From an uncultured Candidatus Bathyarchaeia archaeon (lineage in GTDB: Archaea > Thermoproteota > Bathyarchaeia > Bathyarchaeales > Bathyarchaeaceae): a DNA stretch of 64,000 nt. The DNA is taken from the NCBI GenBank assembly GCA_964618695.1, contig CAZUDX010000004.1, positions 86,257 through 150,256 on the forward strand. The letters are read 5' to 3'. Each line of letters starts with the position of its first letter. The first letter of the stretch is position 1. Below the pieces are notes generated by a model, which saw only the letters and a list, made by a program, of their open reading frames with translations, was not told the origin of the DNA and made no database searches. Shown here one piece after another: positions 9,754-18,980 of this stretch. The translations under genes and the position numbers were made by a program.

Positions 9754-12700
9754 ATGAGTAAGAAAATGAATCGAAAAAAGCTAATGATAATATTGGCGAC
9801 TACGACAATTTTGGCAATGCTGATATTTCCTATGATGGTTTCACAATTTGCAATCGCTGCAGTTTATGATCCAAATAATATGGTTGTACCCGGTGTGCTA
9901 TCAAGTGACACCTATACGCTTTATCCATATCAACTAAGCGATCTGACGATCGGTTTCTCCAAGTATGGAGAGTTGATAAATGGTGATGCGAAGGTTGGCT
10001 TGAAGTACCAGGGTATAGATGCGTTCGCTAACCCAGGTGTGCTTGAGAAGGACTGGAGTCAAGGTTGGTTCATTGACATTCACTATGTTGATCTTGCGAA
10101 CACTTACAAGCGTGCATGGGCTTTTGCGTTGTACACTGACTTGTCCGGGTCACAAGGTATTGGTGGACCTTGGCTAGAGGGATGTGTAAACGGGCCTATG
10201 GGAACACCTTATGGTGGACGCAAGACGAACGTGTGGGCTACCACAGATCCTATTGAGGTTCTGTATGATGGTCCTCGACGTTTTGTTGCTTTGTGTAACA
10301 CTACTATCTATGATAATGCGGACAAGACAGTTGATGATGCGTTGGTTAGCGTAGCTATCACGATCATATTCAACAAGGTCAAGAAACATGTGACACTGTA
10401 CAAGGATGTTAAGAGGTTGGATCGAGGAAAGTTCGGTAGAACGTTCCAGGTTGAATTCAGCAACCGTGGAGAATGGGATATTGGCACCTCATCGGCGCCA
10501 CCCGCCTATGGACACTTCTTCGACAATCTTCCTACAGTGTACAGTGGTGCATACCATGAGTTCTATGATTACTATGATCCTCTCGGATTTGATGTTGCAC
10601 AGATGTATGATACAGCCTATACTACTGTTGGGTTCGCGGCTTTCTGGCCTCCACTGTATGGGAAGCTGATGGACGGAACCACTCATATTACTAGGGATAC
10701 GATTCTGAGTTCGCTGTGTACAAAGGAACGAAATCAAACGTGGCTTGCTCTCGGCTCCCCATCTGAGAGGATTATAGACTGGAGCTCTTTGGGTTGGCCA
10801 TCTGCTGATCCTTATCCAATAGGGTTAGGAGAGTTTGATGATGAGCCAATGGTGTTCAAGAACAACTACTTGCTAGTTGGCGACGGTGTAGACTATATGT
10901 GGTACGGCGGTGGGTCTGACTACCTAGTGTTCACTGTTGAGCCACAAGACACTGACTACATCACACTTGTGTGGAAGCACATGGAGAATCCTGGAACAGA
11001 AGACCTGTGGCCTATTGAACCTGATACTCCATACGTTATCGGCGAGTGGGTTTTCGACCTAGAAAACGAAGATCACAAGAGAATGTTCAGGTGTGTAACC
11101 CTTTACGGATTAACAGACTTGAACGACGGAATGGACAACAATGACCCCTTTGCGGGCATCGACATGATAGACAGTGAAATCATGTATTATCTAGACGAAT
11201 GCTTCAACCCATACGACCTCAACGATGCAGTTCACAAACAGACAGCGAGACGCGTCGAATTCTTCGACGGAAACGGAGCCGAATGGACATACATCCTAAC
11301 CGATGGAGTTCGTTTCGGTTATGGAACGCCCACTGGCTACGAAGTAGATCAGATAGAGACAGCAGATGAATTCCCCTCTAGCTATTGGGGTTCATACTGG
11401 TTCCAAAACTGGCAAGACGAATATGCAGATATTGCACAAATCTACTACAGTCCTCTACAAAACCATACTCCTGACAAACATTGGTCTGTTAGAATGGTGT
11501 TAGACGCTGATGCAACCGATGAACGATGTTCAGTTAGAATAGTTCCCGAACAGAAAGTTTCCTTGGCTACAGCATTTTATAACGGAATAAGCTTCTATTC
11601 CTACGTAGATGCTCAGACTGGCGGTTCACCATACGATCTTCCCCAAATGAGATTCTATCTTGATACAGATCAAGACGGCCTTTGGGATGAAATACTGATA
11701 TGGGGACCCACAACCACAACTCTGGACGCTTGGGTTCTGAGCACTTTAGGCCTTACAACTCAAGTGGCTAGAATGGGTGACAGTCTACAAGACTTCGAAA
11801 ATTTCATTGACGGCGCAAACACAGACGGTACAAGAATAGACGCTAATAACACAATCCTATTCGTTGACTTGTTGATTGGAGGCTGGTCCGGTGTTAACGG
11901 TTCCGTGGTTTACGTCGACGATGTCAAGCTCGATGGTGTAACTTGGAACTTCGAAAACGGAAGACTTTCTCCAGAATCTTGGGATGACTACTGCACCTTT
12001 GCAGAAAGAGTCCTAGTATTAGGAGATACTCCAAGAGCACTTCAAGTACCAGCGAGATCATGGCAATTCGGCAGTGACTACACAATGGTTTGGAGTGGAA
12101 CACAAACAGACAGCTTCGTTGGCGACGGAGTCACTAGGACATTTGCCCTCTCTTTTGAAGGCATAATGGCAAACACTGAGATAGTATACAACGGAGAAGG
12201 CGCTGGCTTGTTGGCGGTACAGGAACAAGGCGTCGACTATACCATAAACTATGGTACAGGCGTAGTGACCTTTACTGTTGCACCACCAGCTCAGTCTCTC
12301 GTCCGTGTATTCTACCAATACTACCCGCGCGTCGTATTCAATGTTGAAGACATTCCACCGGTAGGCACCGACAACGTCAAAATCCTCTACTCAACAGTAG
12401 AGTATGAAAACTACAAACCAATGGGCAAATACGAGTGGATAACAGTTGGCAAGAATGCGGCAACTGTAGACTCTCTAGGTGCAGCATACATGACCGAAGC
12501 CTTCGACTCAAAGAAAGACATTGAAGTTGTCGCTGCAGCCTTGGACATAAGAGACCCAATATATGGAACTAATGTCCCATACGTAATGGCTGGAGCCACA
12601 ACAGGCACAAGGACAGACTACTACTTCGACTACCCGCAAGACAACAGATCAGGCCTACATGACGACTGGTGCACAACGATCCCAGTAGCAAGCAGCAACA

Positions 12701-13173
12701 TGCTCTTCACTGGAGGTCCACGTGCTAACCTAGGAACATTCTACTTCGACGAATGGTACATGGCAATGTATGCAGAAAATGAGTACGTTGTCAGTAACTC
12801 ATTTGGACAAAAAGACAAAATACTGGCGCTATCCTGCTGGGACAAGAACACTTACGCTAGCTACACTGACCCAATCTACGGAAGAAGCGGATTCGGAACA
12901 GTGTCCGTATACAAGGACCTCAACGGTACAATAGGCTTCTCAATATGGGGCATTGACGGACAGGACACCTACTTCCTAACCGATTGGTTCTGGGAGTATG
13001 GAATCCACTGGCTACAAGGCATAAACGACGGAGTCACCGACATAATCTTTGAAATCTGGTACCCAAGTTTCGATCCAATACACCCAATACTCTTCTATTG
13101 GGAATTACTAGGCACAATCAGCGAGAAACCACAACACGACTGCCCAATAACTGCAATACAACTTGGTCCTTAA
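9754..13173 (+). CDS. Large secreted surface protein, S-layer (glyco)protein candidate
   Basis: 1139 aa. Basic n-region plus hydrophobic signal (KKMNRKKLMIILATTTILAMLIFPMMVSQFAIA/AVYD). No further TM and no enzymatic motifs. Many N-x-S/T sequons, C-ending codon preference, and a T-tract follows. Confidence 0.5.
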   Translation: MSKKMNRKKLMIILATTTILAMLIFPMMVSQFAIAAVYDPNNMVVPGVLSSDTYTLYPYQLSDLTIGFSKYGELINGDAKVGLKYQGIDAFANPGVLEKDWSQGWFIDIHYVDLANTYKRAWAFALYTDLSGSQGIGGPWLEGCVNGPMGTPYGGRKTNVWATTDPIEVLYDGPRRFVALCNTTIYDNADKTVDDALVSVAITIIFNKVKKHVTLYKDVKRLDRGKFGRTFQVEFSNRGEWDIGTSSAPPAYGHFFDNLPTVYSGAYHEFYDYYDPLGFDVAQMYDTAYTTVGFAAFWPPLYGKLMDGTTHITRDTILSSLCTKERNQTWLALGSPSERIIDWSSLGWPSADPYPIGLGEFDDEPMVFKNNYLLVGDGVDYMWYGGGSDYLVFTVEPQDTDYITLVWKHMENPGTEDLWPIEPDTPYVIGEWVFDLENEDHKRMFRCVTLYGLTDLNDGMDNNDPFAGIDMIDSEIMYYLDECFNPYDLNDAVHKQTARRVEFFDGNGAEWTYILTDGVRFGYGTPTGYEVDQIETADEFPSSYWGSYWFQNWQDEYADIAQIYYSPLQNHTPDKHWSVRMVLDADATDERCSVRIVPEQKVSLATAFYNGISFYSYVDAQTGGSPYDLPQMRFYLDTDQDGLWDEILIWGPTTTTLDAWVLSTLGLTTQVARMGDSLQDFENFIDGANTDGTRIDANNTILFVDLLIGGWSGVNGSVVYVDDVKLDGVTWNFENGRLSPESWDDYCTFAERVLVLGDTPRALQVPARSWQFGSDYTMVWSGTQTDSFVGDGVTRTFALSFEGIMANTEIVYNGEGAGLLAVQEQGVDYTINYGTGVVTFTVAPPAQSLVRVFYQYYPRVVFNVEDIPPVGTDNVKILYSTVEYENYKPMGKYEWITVGKNAATVDSLGAAYMTEAFDSKKDIEVVAAALDIRDPIYGTNVPYVMAGATTGTRTDYYFDYPQDNRSGLHDDWCTTIPVASSNMLFTGGPRANLGTFYFDEWYMAMYAENEYVVSNSFGQKDKILALSCWDKNTYASYTDPIYGRSGFGTVSVYKDLNGTIGFSIWGIDGQDTYFLTDWFWEYGIHWLQGINDGVTDIIFEIWYPSFDPIHPILFYWELLGTISEKPQHDCPITAIQLGP

Positions 13174-13175
13174 AA

Positions 13176-13220
13176 GCCGACTAACAAGTCGCTAACCCCC
13201 CTTTCCTTTTTTTTATTTTA
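13176..13220 (+). terminator. Short hairpin plus C-run and oligo-T tract after the S-layer-like gene
   Basis: cgact-aaca-agtcg stem-loop, then cccccc and tttcctttttttttatttt. Archaeal termination typically uses oligo-T. Confidence 0.45.
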
Positions 13221-13424
13221 ATAATAGAGTCTATATTCTAAACAAGTTACATCACATAACCAAGCTTTAGTGTACAGCATGCACCAGCCCACTCTGACCA
13301 TTCAAAATACAAAAATCAAAACCAAACAGCACTGCAAATGTAAGCTTGGTAAAAGTTATCAGAAAGGAACGAACACATCCTTTCTAAGCCTAAGCTCTCC
13401 ACAAACAAAAAGGTAGTTCACCCA

Positions 13425-14579
13425 ATGACTAACATACTAGTCCCCTCAGCATCCCACCTACTCACAGACCACCTCCTATCCAGCGAAGGAATCACATGCT
13501 ACAACCTCTTCCAAAAACTACAAAAACACAACTACCACTTCGAAGCAATCTCAGACCGAATCCACATAAAAAAACCCCTAACCAACACCACATTTCACCA
13601 AACAAACACCACCGAAACAACACCAACCACCAACCCCATCAACAAATACTACAACCACATAGAATTCCTGATCAACAGCTACCGAAAATCCCTACAAATC
13701 CTACAGAAACAAAAAATCGACATAATACACCACATGCTACCCGCAATACACAACCAAACCTTCAACCTCCTACCAATCCTCAAAAAACCAAAACAACCAT
13801 TCATCTTCGGTCCAATATCCGCCCACATATACCCAAGACCCATAGACGAAAAAATGCTATCAAAACTAACAACCAACCTCCACAAAAAAACAATAAAAAA
13901 ATGCGACAGACTAATAACAATCACAAACCAAGTGAAAACACTCTACCAAAAAAACTTCGACCCAGAAAAAATATGGACAATACCCCTAGGTGTAGACACA
14001 GAACAATTCAAACCCCCAAAAAAACAAACACCCAAAAAAAATATTGAAATACTATTCGCAGGCTACCTCTACAAACTAAAAGGCGTAGAATACCTAATAA
14101 AAGCCCTACACACAATAACAAAAAAACGCCAAGACATAAAACTTAGAATCGTTGGAGAAGGCTCCGACAAACCACGCCTCATAAAACTAACTGAAACCCT
14201 AAAAATACAAGACAAAGTAATCTTCGAAGGCTTAGTCCCACACACGAAAATGCCAAAATACTACCAACAATGCGACATCTTTTGTTTCCCAACCCTCGGA
14301 GAACCTTTCGGAAAAGCCATAATAGAAGCCATGGCATGCGCAAAACCAGTCATCGCATCCAACATCGGCGGACCAGCCGAAATAATTCAACACCAAAAAA
14401 CAGGACTACTAGTCCCACCAGCCCAACCCAAAATCCTCGCCACAAAAATCCTAGAACTACTAAGCAACGAAACAGAACTAAAAAAAATGGGAGCAAACGC
14501 AAGAAAAACTGCCATAGAAAAATATTCATGGGAAAAAATAAGCGAAAAGTACCATAGCCTCTACCAAACTCTCAACTAA
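13425..14579 (+). CDS. Glycosyltransferase family 4
   Basis: 384 aa. Motifs: GVDTEQF, ILFAGYLYKLKGVEYLIKAL, EPFGKAIIEAMACAKPVIASNIGGPAEIIQHQKTGLLVPP. The coding strand is almost G-free. Confidence 0.8.
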   Translation: MTNILVPSASHLLTDHLLSSEGITCYNLFQKLQKHNYHFEAISDRIHIKKPLTNTTFHQTNTTETTPTTNPINKYYNHIEFLINSYRKSLQILQKQKIDIIHHMLPAIHNQTFNLLPILKKPKQPFIFGPISAHIYPRPIDEKMLSKLTTNLHKKTIKKCDRLITITNQVKTLYQKNFDPEKIWTIPLGVDTEQFKPPKKQTPKKNIEILFAGYLYKLKGVEYLIKALHTITKKRQDIKLRIVGEGSDKPRLIKLTETLKIQDKVIFEGLVPHTKMPKYYQQCDIFCFPTLGEPFGKAIIEAMACAKPVIASNIGGPAEIIQHQKTGLLVPPAQPKILATKILELLSNETELKKMGANARKTAIEKYSWEKISEKYHSLYQTLN

Positions 14580-14588
14580 ACCCTTTCT

Positions 14589-16073
14589 TTACCCTTTCAC
14601 AACCCCAATCGGAACCAACCGAACAACACGAGTCGCTATCCCAACCTTATCGCTCACATCCACCACCATATCCACATTCTTATACGCTGGATCAGCCTCC
14701 TCAGCTAAAACAACTGAACTAGCAGCTCTAACAACAATCCCCCTACCTTCCAAACCCTTCTTCACGTCTCCACCCCAAAACCTCCTCTTCGCAGCTGTCC
14801 TACTCAACACCCGACCAGCCCCATGAGCCGTAGAACCAAAAGAAACCTCCATAGCCTTAACCGTCCCCACCAACAACCAAGAACTCGTACCCATGCTCCC
14901 AGGAATAATAACCGGCTGCCCAACAGACCGATAATCAGCTGGAACATCCCGATGCCCAGGCGGAAAACAACGCGTCGCCCCTTTCCTATGAGTCCAAACT
15001 TTGGTCCGTTTTCCATCCACCACATGCTCTTCCTTCTTAGCAATGTTATGTGCAACATCGTAGACCAAATCCAACCCAAAATCTTCAGATGGCCTCTTGA
15101 AAACTTCCTCGAAACTCTGGCGAACCCAATGAGTAATAACTTGACGATTAACAAAAGCGTAGTTGACAGCACAAGCCATAGCCTGATAATAATCTTGAGC
15201 CTCATCACTTGTAGCGGGTGCACATGCAAGCTCTCGATCAGGCAACGAAATATTATATTTATGAACAGCCCGCTCCATGACACGCAGATAATCCGAGCAA
15301 GTCTGATGCCCGAACCCGCGTGAACCACAATGAATTAAAACAGTAACCTGTCCTTCATGAGTTACGCCGAAAGTTTTAGCCACTTGCCGATCGAAAATCT
15401 TGTCAACCTTCCCTATTTCCAAAAAATGGTTTCCTGAACCAAGAGTACCACTTTGAGGAAGACCCCGTTCCTTGGCTCTAGATGAAACCTTATCAGGGTT
15501 GGCGCCCTCCATCTGCCCCCCTTCCTCACAATGCTTTGCATCTTCAGGACGCCCTAACCCCTTCTTCACCGCCCATGGTATACCCTCAACAATTAATTGC
15601 TCAAGCTCATGTATATTCAAACGGAAATCTTTGCGGCGGCTACCCAGTCCGCTGGGAACATTCCTAAATATGGTTGTGGTTAAGGTTGCAAGGTAAGGTC
15701 GAATATCACTCTCCGAAAGGTTAGTGGTTAAAAGACGGACACCACAGTTGATGTCGTAGCCCACTCCCCCTGGACTAATTACACCATCTTCATAGTCCGT
15801 GGCTGCAACCCCGCCTATAGGAAAACCGTATCCTTCATGACCGTCAGGCAATGTAACCGCATACTTGTAAATTCCGGGTAAATGCGCAACATTAGCACAT
15901 TGGTCGAGGGTTCGATCAGTTCTTATCTTTTCTATGAGCCGCTCGTCGGCAAAGACCATGCCAGGAACGCGCATACCGGACTTGTAACTTGTGGGTATGC
16001 GCCAGCTATAATCATCAATCTTCTCGAGGGGAACAGGTGGTACCCGCCCTCGGAATTTTCTTTGCCTACTCAT
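14589..16073 (-). CDS. rtcB: RNA-splicing ligase RtcB
   Basis: 494 aa with RtcB hallmarks: GYDINCGVR, GSGNHFLE, HCGSRGFGHQ, PGSMGTSSWLLVG, STAHGAGR, AYKNVDMVVDV. Contiguous, no intein. Confidence 0.95.
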   Translation of the reverse strand: MSRQRKFRGRVPPVPLEKIDDYSWRIPTSYKSGMRVPGMVFADERLIEKIRTDRTLDQCANVAHLPGIYKYAVTLPDGHEGYGFPIGGVAATDYEDGVISPGGVGYDINCGVRLLTTNLSESDIRPYLATLTTTIFRNVPSGLGSRRKDFRLNIHELEQLIVEGIPWAVKKGLGRPEDAKHCEEGGQMEGANPDKVSSRAKERGLPQSGTLGSGNHFLEIGKVDKIFDRQVAKTFGVTHEGQVTVLIHCGSRGFGHQTCSDYLRVMERAVHKYNISLPDRELACAPATSDEAQDYYQAMACAVNYAFVNRQVITHWVRQSFEEVFKRPSEDFGLDLVYDVAHNIAKKEEHVVDGKRTKVWTHRKGATRCFPPGHRDVPADYRSVGQPVIIPGSMGTSSWLLVGTVKAMEVSFGSTAHGAGRVLSRTAAKRRFWGGDVKKGLEGRGIVVRAASSVVLAEEADPAYKNVDMVVDVSDKVGIATRVVRLVPIGVVKG

Positions 16074-16178
16074 AAAACCACCTTTAACTAAAGAGTTGCA
16101 GTGGGGAACTTATAAATTATGAGTGGCACATCACATGAAACGATAGATGCTATTCTCCTGCGCATGCATAAAACAATC

Positions 16179-17303
16179 TCAAATATGTGCTGACACTAGA
16201 GTTTTCTCTTTATTTCGGTCTGTTTTGAAGTCGTCTAACCAACCGGCTTTTGCATTTATTTTTCGCTTGAAGATTTTGCCCAATTTTTTTCTGTTTTTGG
16301 CTTGATGGTATTTGAAGTAAACTTCATCGTCAACAATGCCCACGATCTCGATTTTTCCTGTTTTGTGGGACATAATGTATCTGAAACGTTTACTGAGACC
16401 ATTGCATCTTGCTTTCGTTTTCTCTATGATATTGATTCCTTCACATATTGGAACTTGAAACTGCTTTTTAACTCTCTTGACAGGCCTGCATTGAAAAACG
16501 TAGTAAGGATTAACACCTATGCCCACGAGTTTGTTCATTAATTCTGCAAGTGTTTCAGCGCGGTCGTTTATTCCTTTCAGTAGAATTGTTTGGTTATTGA
16601 CTATTACCCCTGATTTAATCAGGTTGTCTACAGCCTCGGTTGACTGTTTAGTTATCTCTTTTGGATGATTGAATTGTGTAACAACCAATAGCCTTCTCTC
16701 TGGAGTAGAATTTTTAGCCATTAATTCTAGCAACTCATTATCTCGGAATCTTGAAGGAAATGTGACTGGAGTCCTGCTGCCAAACCTAACGAAGTCAAGG
16801 TGAGAAACATCAGATAACATTGATAAGAATCGTTCAATAACCTCGTTAGGAAGCACAAGCGGGTCACCCCCCGAAATCAAAACATTGTTAATCTCTTTAT
16901 GGTGCCTTATGTAACGCACTGGGGCTTCAAAATCCTGAATTACCTCGCTAGTTTCTCGTTGTCCAACGAGTCGCTTTCTAAAGCAATGCCTACAATACAT
17001 TGCACATCTGTTTGTGGCAAGTATTAGTGCAGTTTCAGAGTATTTGTGTTGAAGTCCCCGCAGTTTTGTGTTTTCCACTTCGCCACTAGTATCATAAGAA
17101 CCTTGAAGGTTCAATTCGTCTAATGATGGAATAGCCATTTTTCTTATCGGATCAGTGGGATCGCTCCAATCAATAAGCGACATGTAGTAAGAAGTTACTT
17201 TCATGGGGTGTCTTGCAGTGACCAGTTTAAGTTTTTTCCTTTCTTCATGTGATATATCAACATACTTGCTTAATTGTTCAATTGAACAGATTGTCCCGTT
17301 CAT
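16179..17303 (-). CDS. KamA-family radical SAM protein (lysine 2,3-aminomutase-like)
   Basis: 374 aa. CAMYCRHCFRK (CxxxCxxC) preceded by TNR, plus SGGDPLVL. The layout is typical of KamA/EpmB-type aminomutases. Confidence 0.75.
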   Translation of the reverse strand: MNGTICSIEQLSKYVDISHEERKKLKLVTARHPMKVTSYYMSLIDWSDPTDPIRKMAIPSLDELNLQGSYDTSGEVENTKLRGLQHKYSETALILATNRCAMYCRHCFRKRLVGQRETSEVIQDFEAPVRYIRHHKEINNVLISGGDPLVLPNEVIERFLSMLSDVSHLDFVRFGSRTPVTFPSRFRDNELLELMAKNSTPERRLLVVTQFNHPKEITKQSTEAVDNLIKSGVIVNNQTILLKGINDRAETLAELMNKLVGIGVNPYYVFQCRPVKRVKKQFQVPICEGINIIEKTKARCNGLSKRFRYIMSHKTGKIEIVGIVDDEVYFKYHQAKNRKKLGKIFKRKINAKAGWLDDFKTDRNKEKTLVSAHI

Positions 17304-17816
17304 TTACTTTTCATCTCCTTCTAAATCTTTAGTAAATCGATCAGTTACTGTGTTGGCTTTTGCTTGTAGAATCAGCCAGGAAGTTCGACCAATATCATAA
17401 ATAAAGACAAAGATTGCTCCAACAGCAATAATTGTCATAGCTGCTACCACTCGGGTTCCGATGTTGAATGAAATTTTTAGAAGAGGAATTATTGCAGCAA
17501 ATGCCAAGATTATGAGTATGATTGCTACCAAATCTTTTGTCACTCTATCTCTTGACCGCTGTTCTTGTATGCCCAAACGCGTAACAAAAAGACCTATTGC
17601 TTGGTCGGCTATGACCAAAACAGTGGATAATGCTCGTATCAGAAAAACTCCGGCAACAATTACAAAAACCAGCCAAGATAAGTAACCCAGTCCCGTAATT
17701 AGAGTGTCCAATAGTAGCGAAGAAAATAAGGCTAATGCCCCAAAAACCAAAGCTAGGGCTGTGTTAGCTAATAAACTGGGAAGCTCATCCCTGAATTCTT
17801 TACGGAGAGAGTTCAC
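17304..17816 (-). CDS. Integral membrane protein (about 4-5 TM), abuts the kamA-like gene
   Basis: 170 aa, strongly hydrophobic. Its stop directly abuts the start of the KamA-like CDS (17303/17304). Confidence 0.55.
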   Translation of the reverse strand: MNSLRKEFRDELPSLLANTALALVFGALALFSSLLLDTLITGLGYLSWLVFVIVAGVFLIRALSTVLVIADQAIGLFVTRLGIQEQRSRDRVTKDLVAIILIILAFAAIIPLLKISFNIGTRVVAAMTIIAVGAIFVFIYDIGRTSWLILQAKANTVTDRFTKDLEGDEK

Positions 17817-18315
17817 ACTTATCCAATCCTAAACTCGATCTCTTTCCATAAGTGTCGAATTCAGATATACACAGGTTACAAAGTAAGAGCATACATACTG
17901 TGTCAACGACAACTGGAAACGAGTTCTGTCTTCATATTCTTGCGAGACTTTATAAACCTTTAAAATCTGTCAAGGACTGGAAACAGTTAGTTCATGTCTA
18001 TTCCTCTAAATTTTGTCCATTATGTAGACTTGCACTCCGAACCAATTCACTAGCATCATCGTTTTTAGACTGAAATTTATTATTTATGCTATTTTTAACT
18101 GAATAAAGGTATTAAATCGTAAGGAAGACTTATAAAATATGCTGAGAATATTACATTTGGAAAAAGGTGAGCAAAAGGATCACTATGACTTTCTTTTGGA
18201 GTGCTTACCTTTTCATGAGGGATGAACGGTGATTTGGATAAGAAGAGTTACTGGAGAGGATGTTAGATCTGCACAAAAGTGGTTGTCGAAAGATCCACCC
18301 TTCAACCTGTAGAGA

Positions 18316-18570
18316 ATGAAAACAAGATTCCTGAGTGAGGGGTCCGTCAACAAGTTTAGACTATGGAGGGAAACATATACGGGAAAAGTAAGACCTGATC
18401 ATATCAAGAAGCTAGCTCGGGAATTGGTTGAGCGATTCCCTGATAGATTCACAACAGACTTTGAGAACAACAAAAAAATGGTGGATGCTCTTACCAATGT
18501 TTCGTCAACAAAAATTAGAAACCGAGTAGCAGGATATGCTGTTCACTTGACAGCCCAAAAAGGACATTAG
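18316..18570 (+). CDS. rps17e: 30S ribosomal protein eS17 (S17e)
   Basis: GKVRPDHIKKLARELVERFPDRFTTDFENNKKMVDALTNVSSTKIRNRVAGY matches the eS17 family. The conserved N-terminus starts at codon 22 (ACG at 18379), so the start is uncertain. Confidence 0.85.
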   Translation: MKTRFLSEGSVNKFRLWRETYTGKVRPDHIKKLARELVERFPDRFTTDFENNKKMVDALTNVSSTKIRNRVAGYAVHLTAQKGH

Positions 18571-18603
18571 CGTCTTTAATCAAAGCCATTTCTTTTTGGA
18601 GGT

Positions 18604-18837
18604 GTGAATGTAAATTTGGAAAACCTGAGTAAAATAGAAAGAGAAACTTTAGATTTCATAAAAGAAGCGGGGGAAATTCAGACCAGAAACTTACCCAATA
18701 GTAGGATGTACGGAGCAATCCCCAGCCTGAAGAACAAAGGATTAGTTGAAGTTTATAAGAAATACACCAGCATTTTTCGACGAAAGAAAAAGAAGTTCGT
18801 GAAATTAAGAAAAAACAAAAATTCTCTTGAAGATTAA
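18604..18837 (+). CDS. Small winged-helix-like DNA-binding protein with basic tail
   Basis: 77 aa, GTG start. ETLDFIKEAGEIQTRNL...LKNKGLVEV resembles wHTH, followed by an RRKKKKFVKLRK tail. Confidence 0.4.
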   Translation: MNVNLENLSKIERETLDFIKEAGEIQTRNLPNSRMYGAIPSLKNKGLVEVYKKYTSIFRRKKKKFVKLRKNKNSLED

Positions 18838-18980
18838 TGGTTTCAAGAAAGAATGCACGTTACTACTGATAACTGTTGCATAATAGTTTATGTTTCAAGA
18901 CTTTGTAGCCTCTGTATTAAAACCACAATCTTTAAGAACCGCTTCTATTCATTGAGCATGGTAAATCGGATGTAGATGAA

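Noticed and set aside
13496-14557. Long + strand alternative-frame ORFs (13496-14047, 14270-14557) encoding P/K/T/N/H/R-rich low-complexity peptides.
   Set aside because: They overlap the well-supported GT4 frame. They exist only because the G-depleted strand lacks TAG and TGA stops.
14804-15328. ORFs 14804-15328 (-) and 14823-15323 (+) inside rtcB.
   Set aside because: These are shadow frames of a highly conserved gene in a skewed region. Their products are low-complexity.
17817-18315. 500-nt intergenic region scanned for a C/D-box sRNA or small genes.
   Set aside because: There is no RUGAUGA...CUGA pairing at the appropriate spacing. Only very short ORFs without ribosome-binding sites are present.
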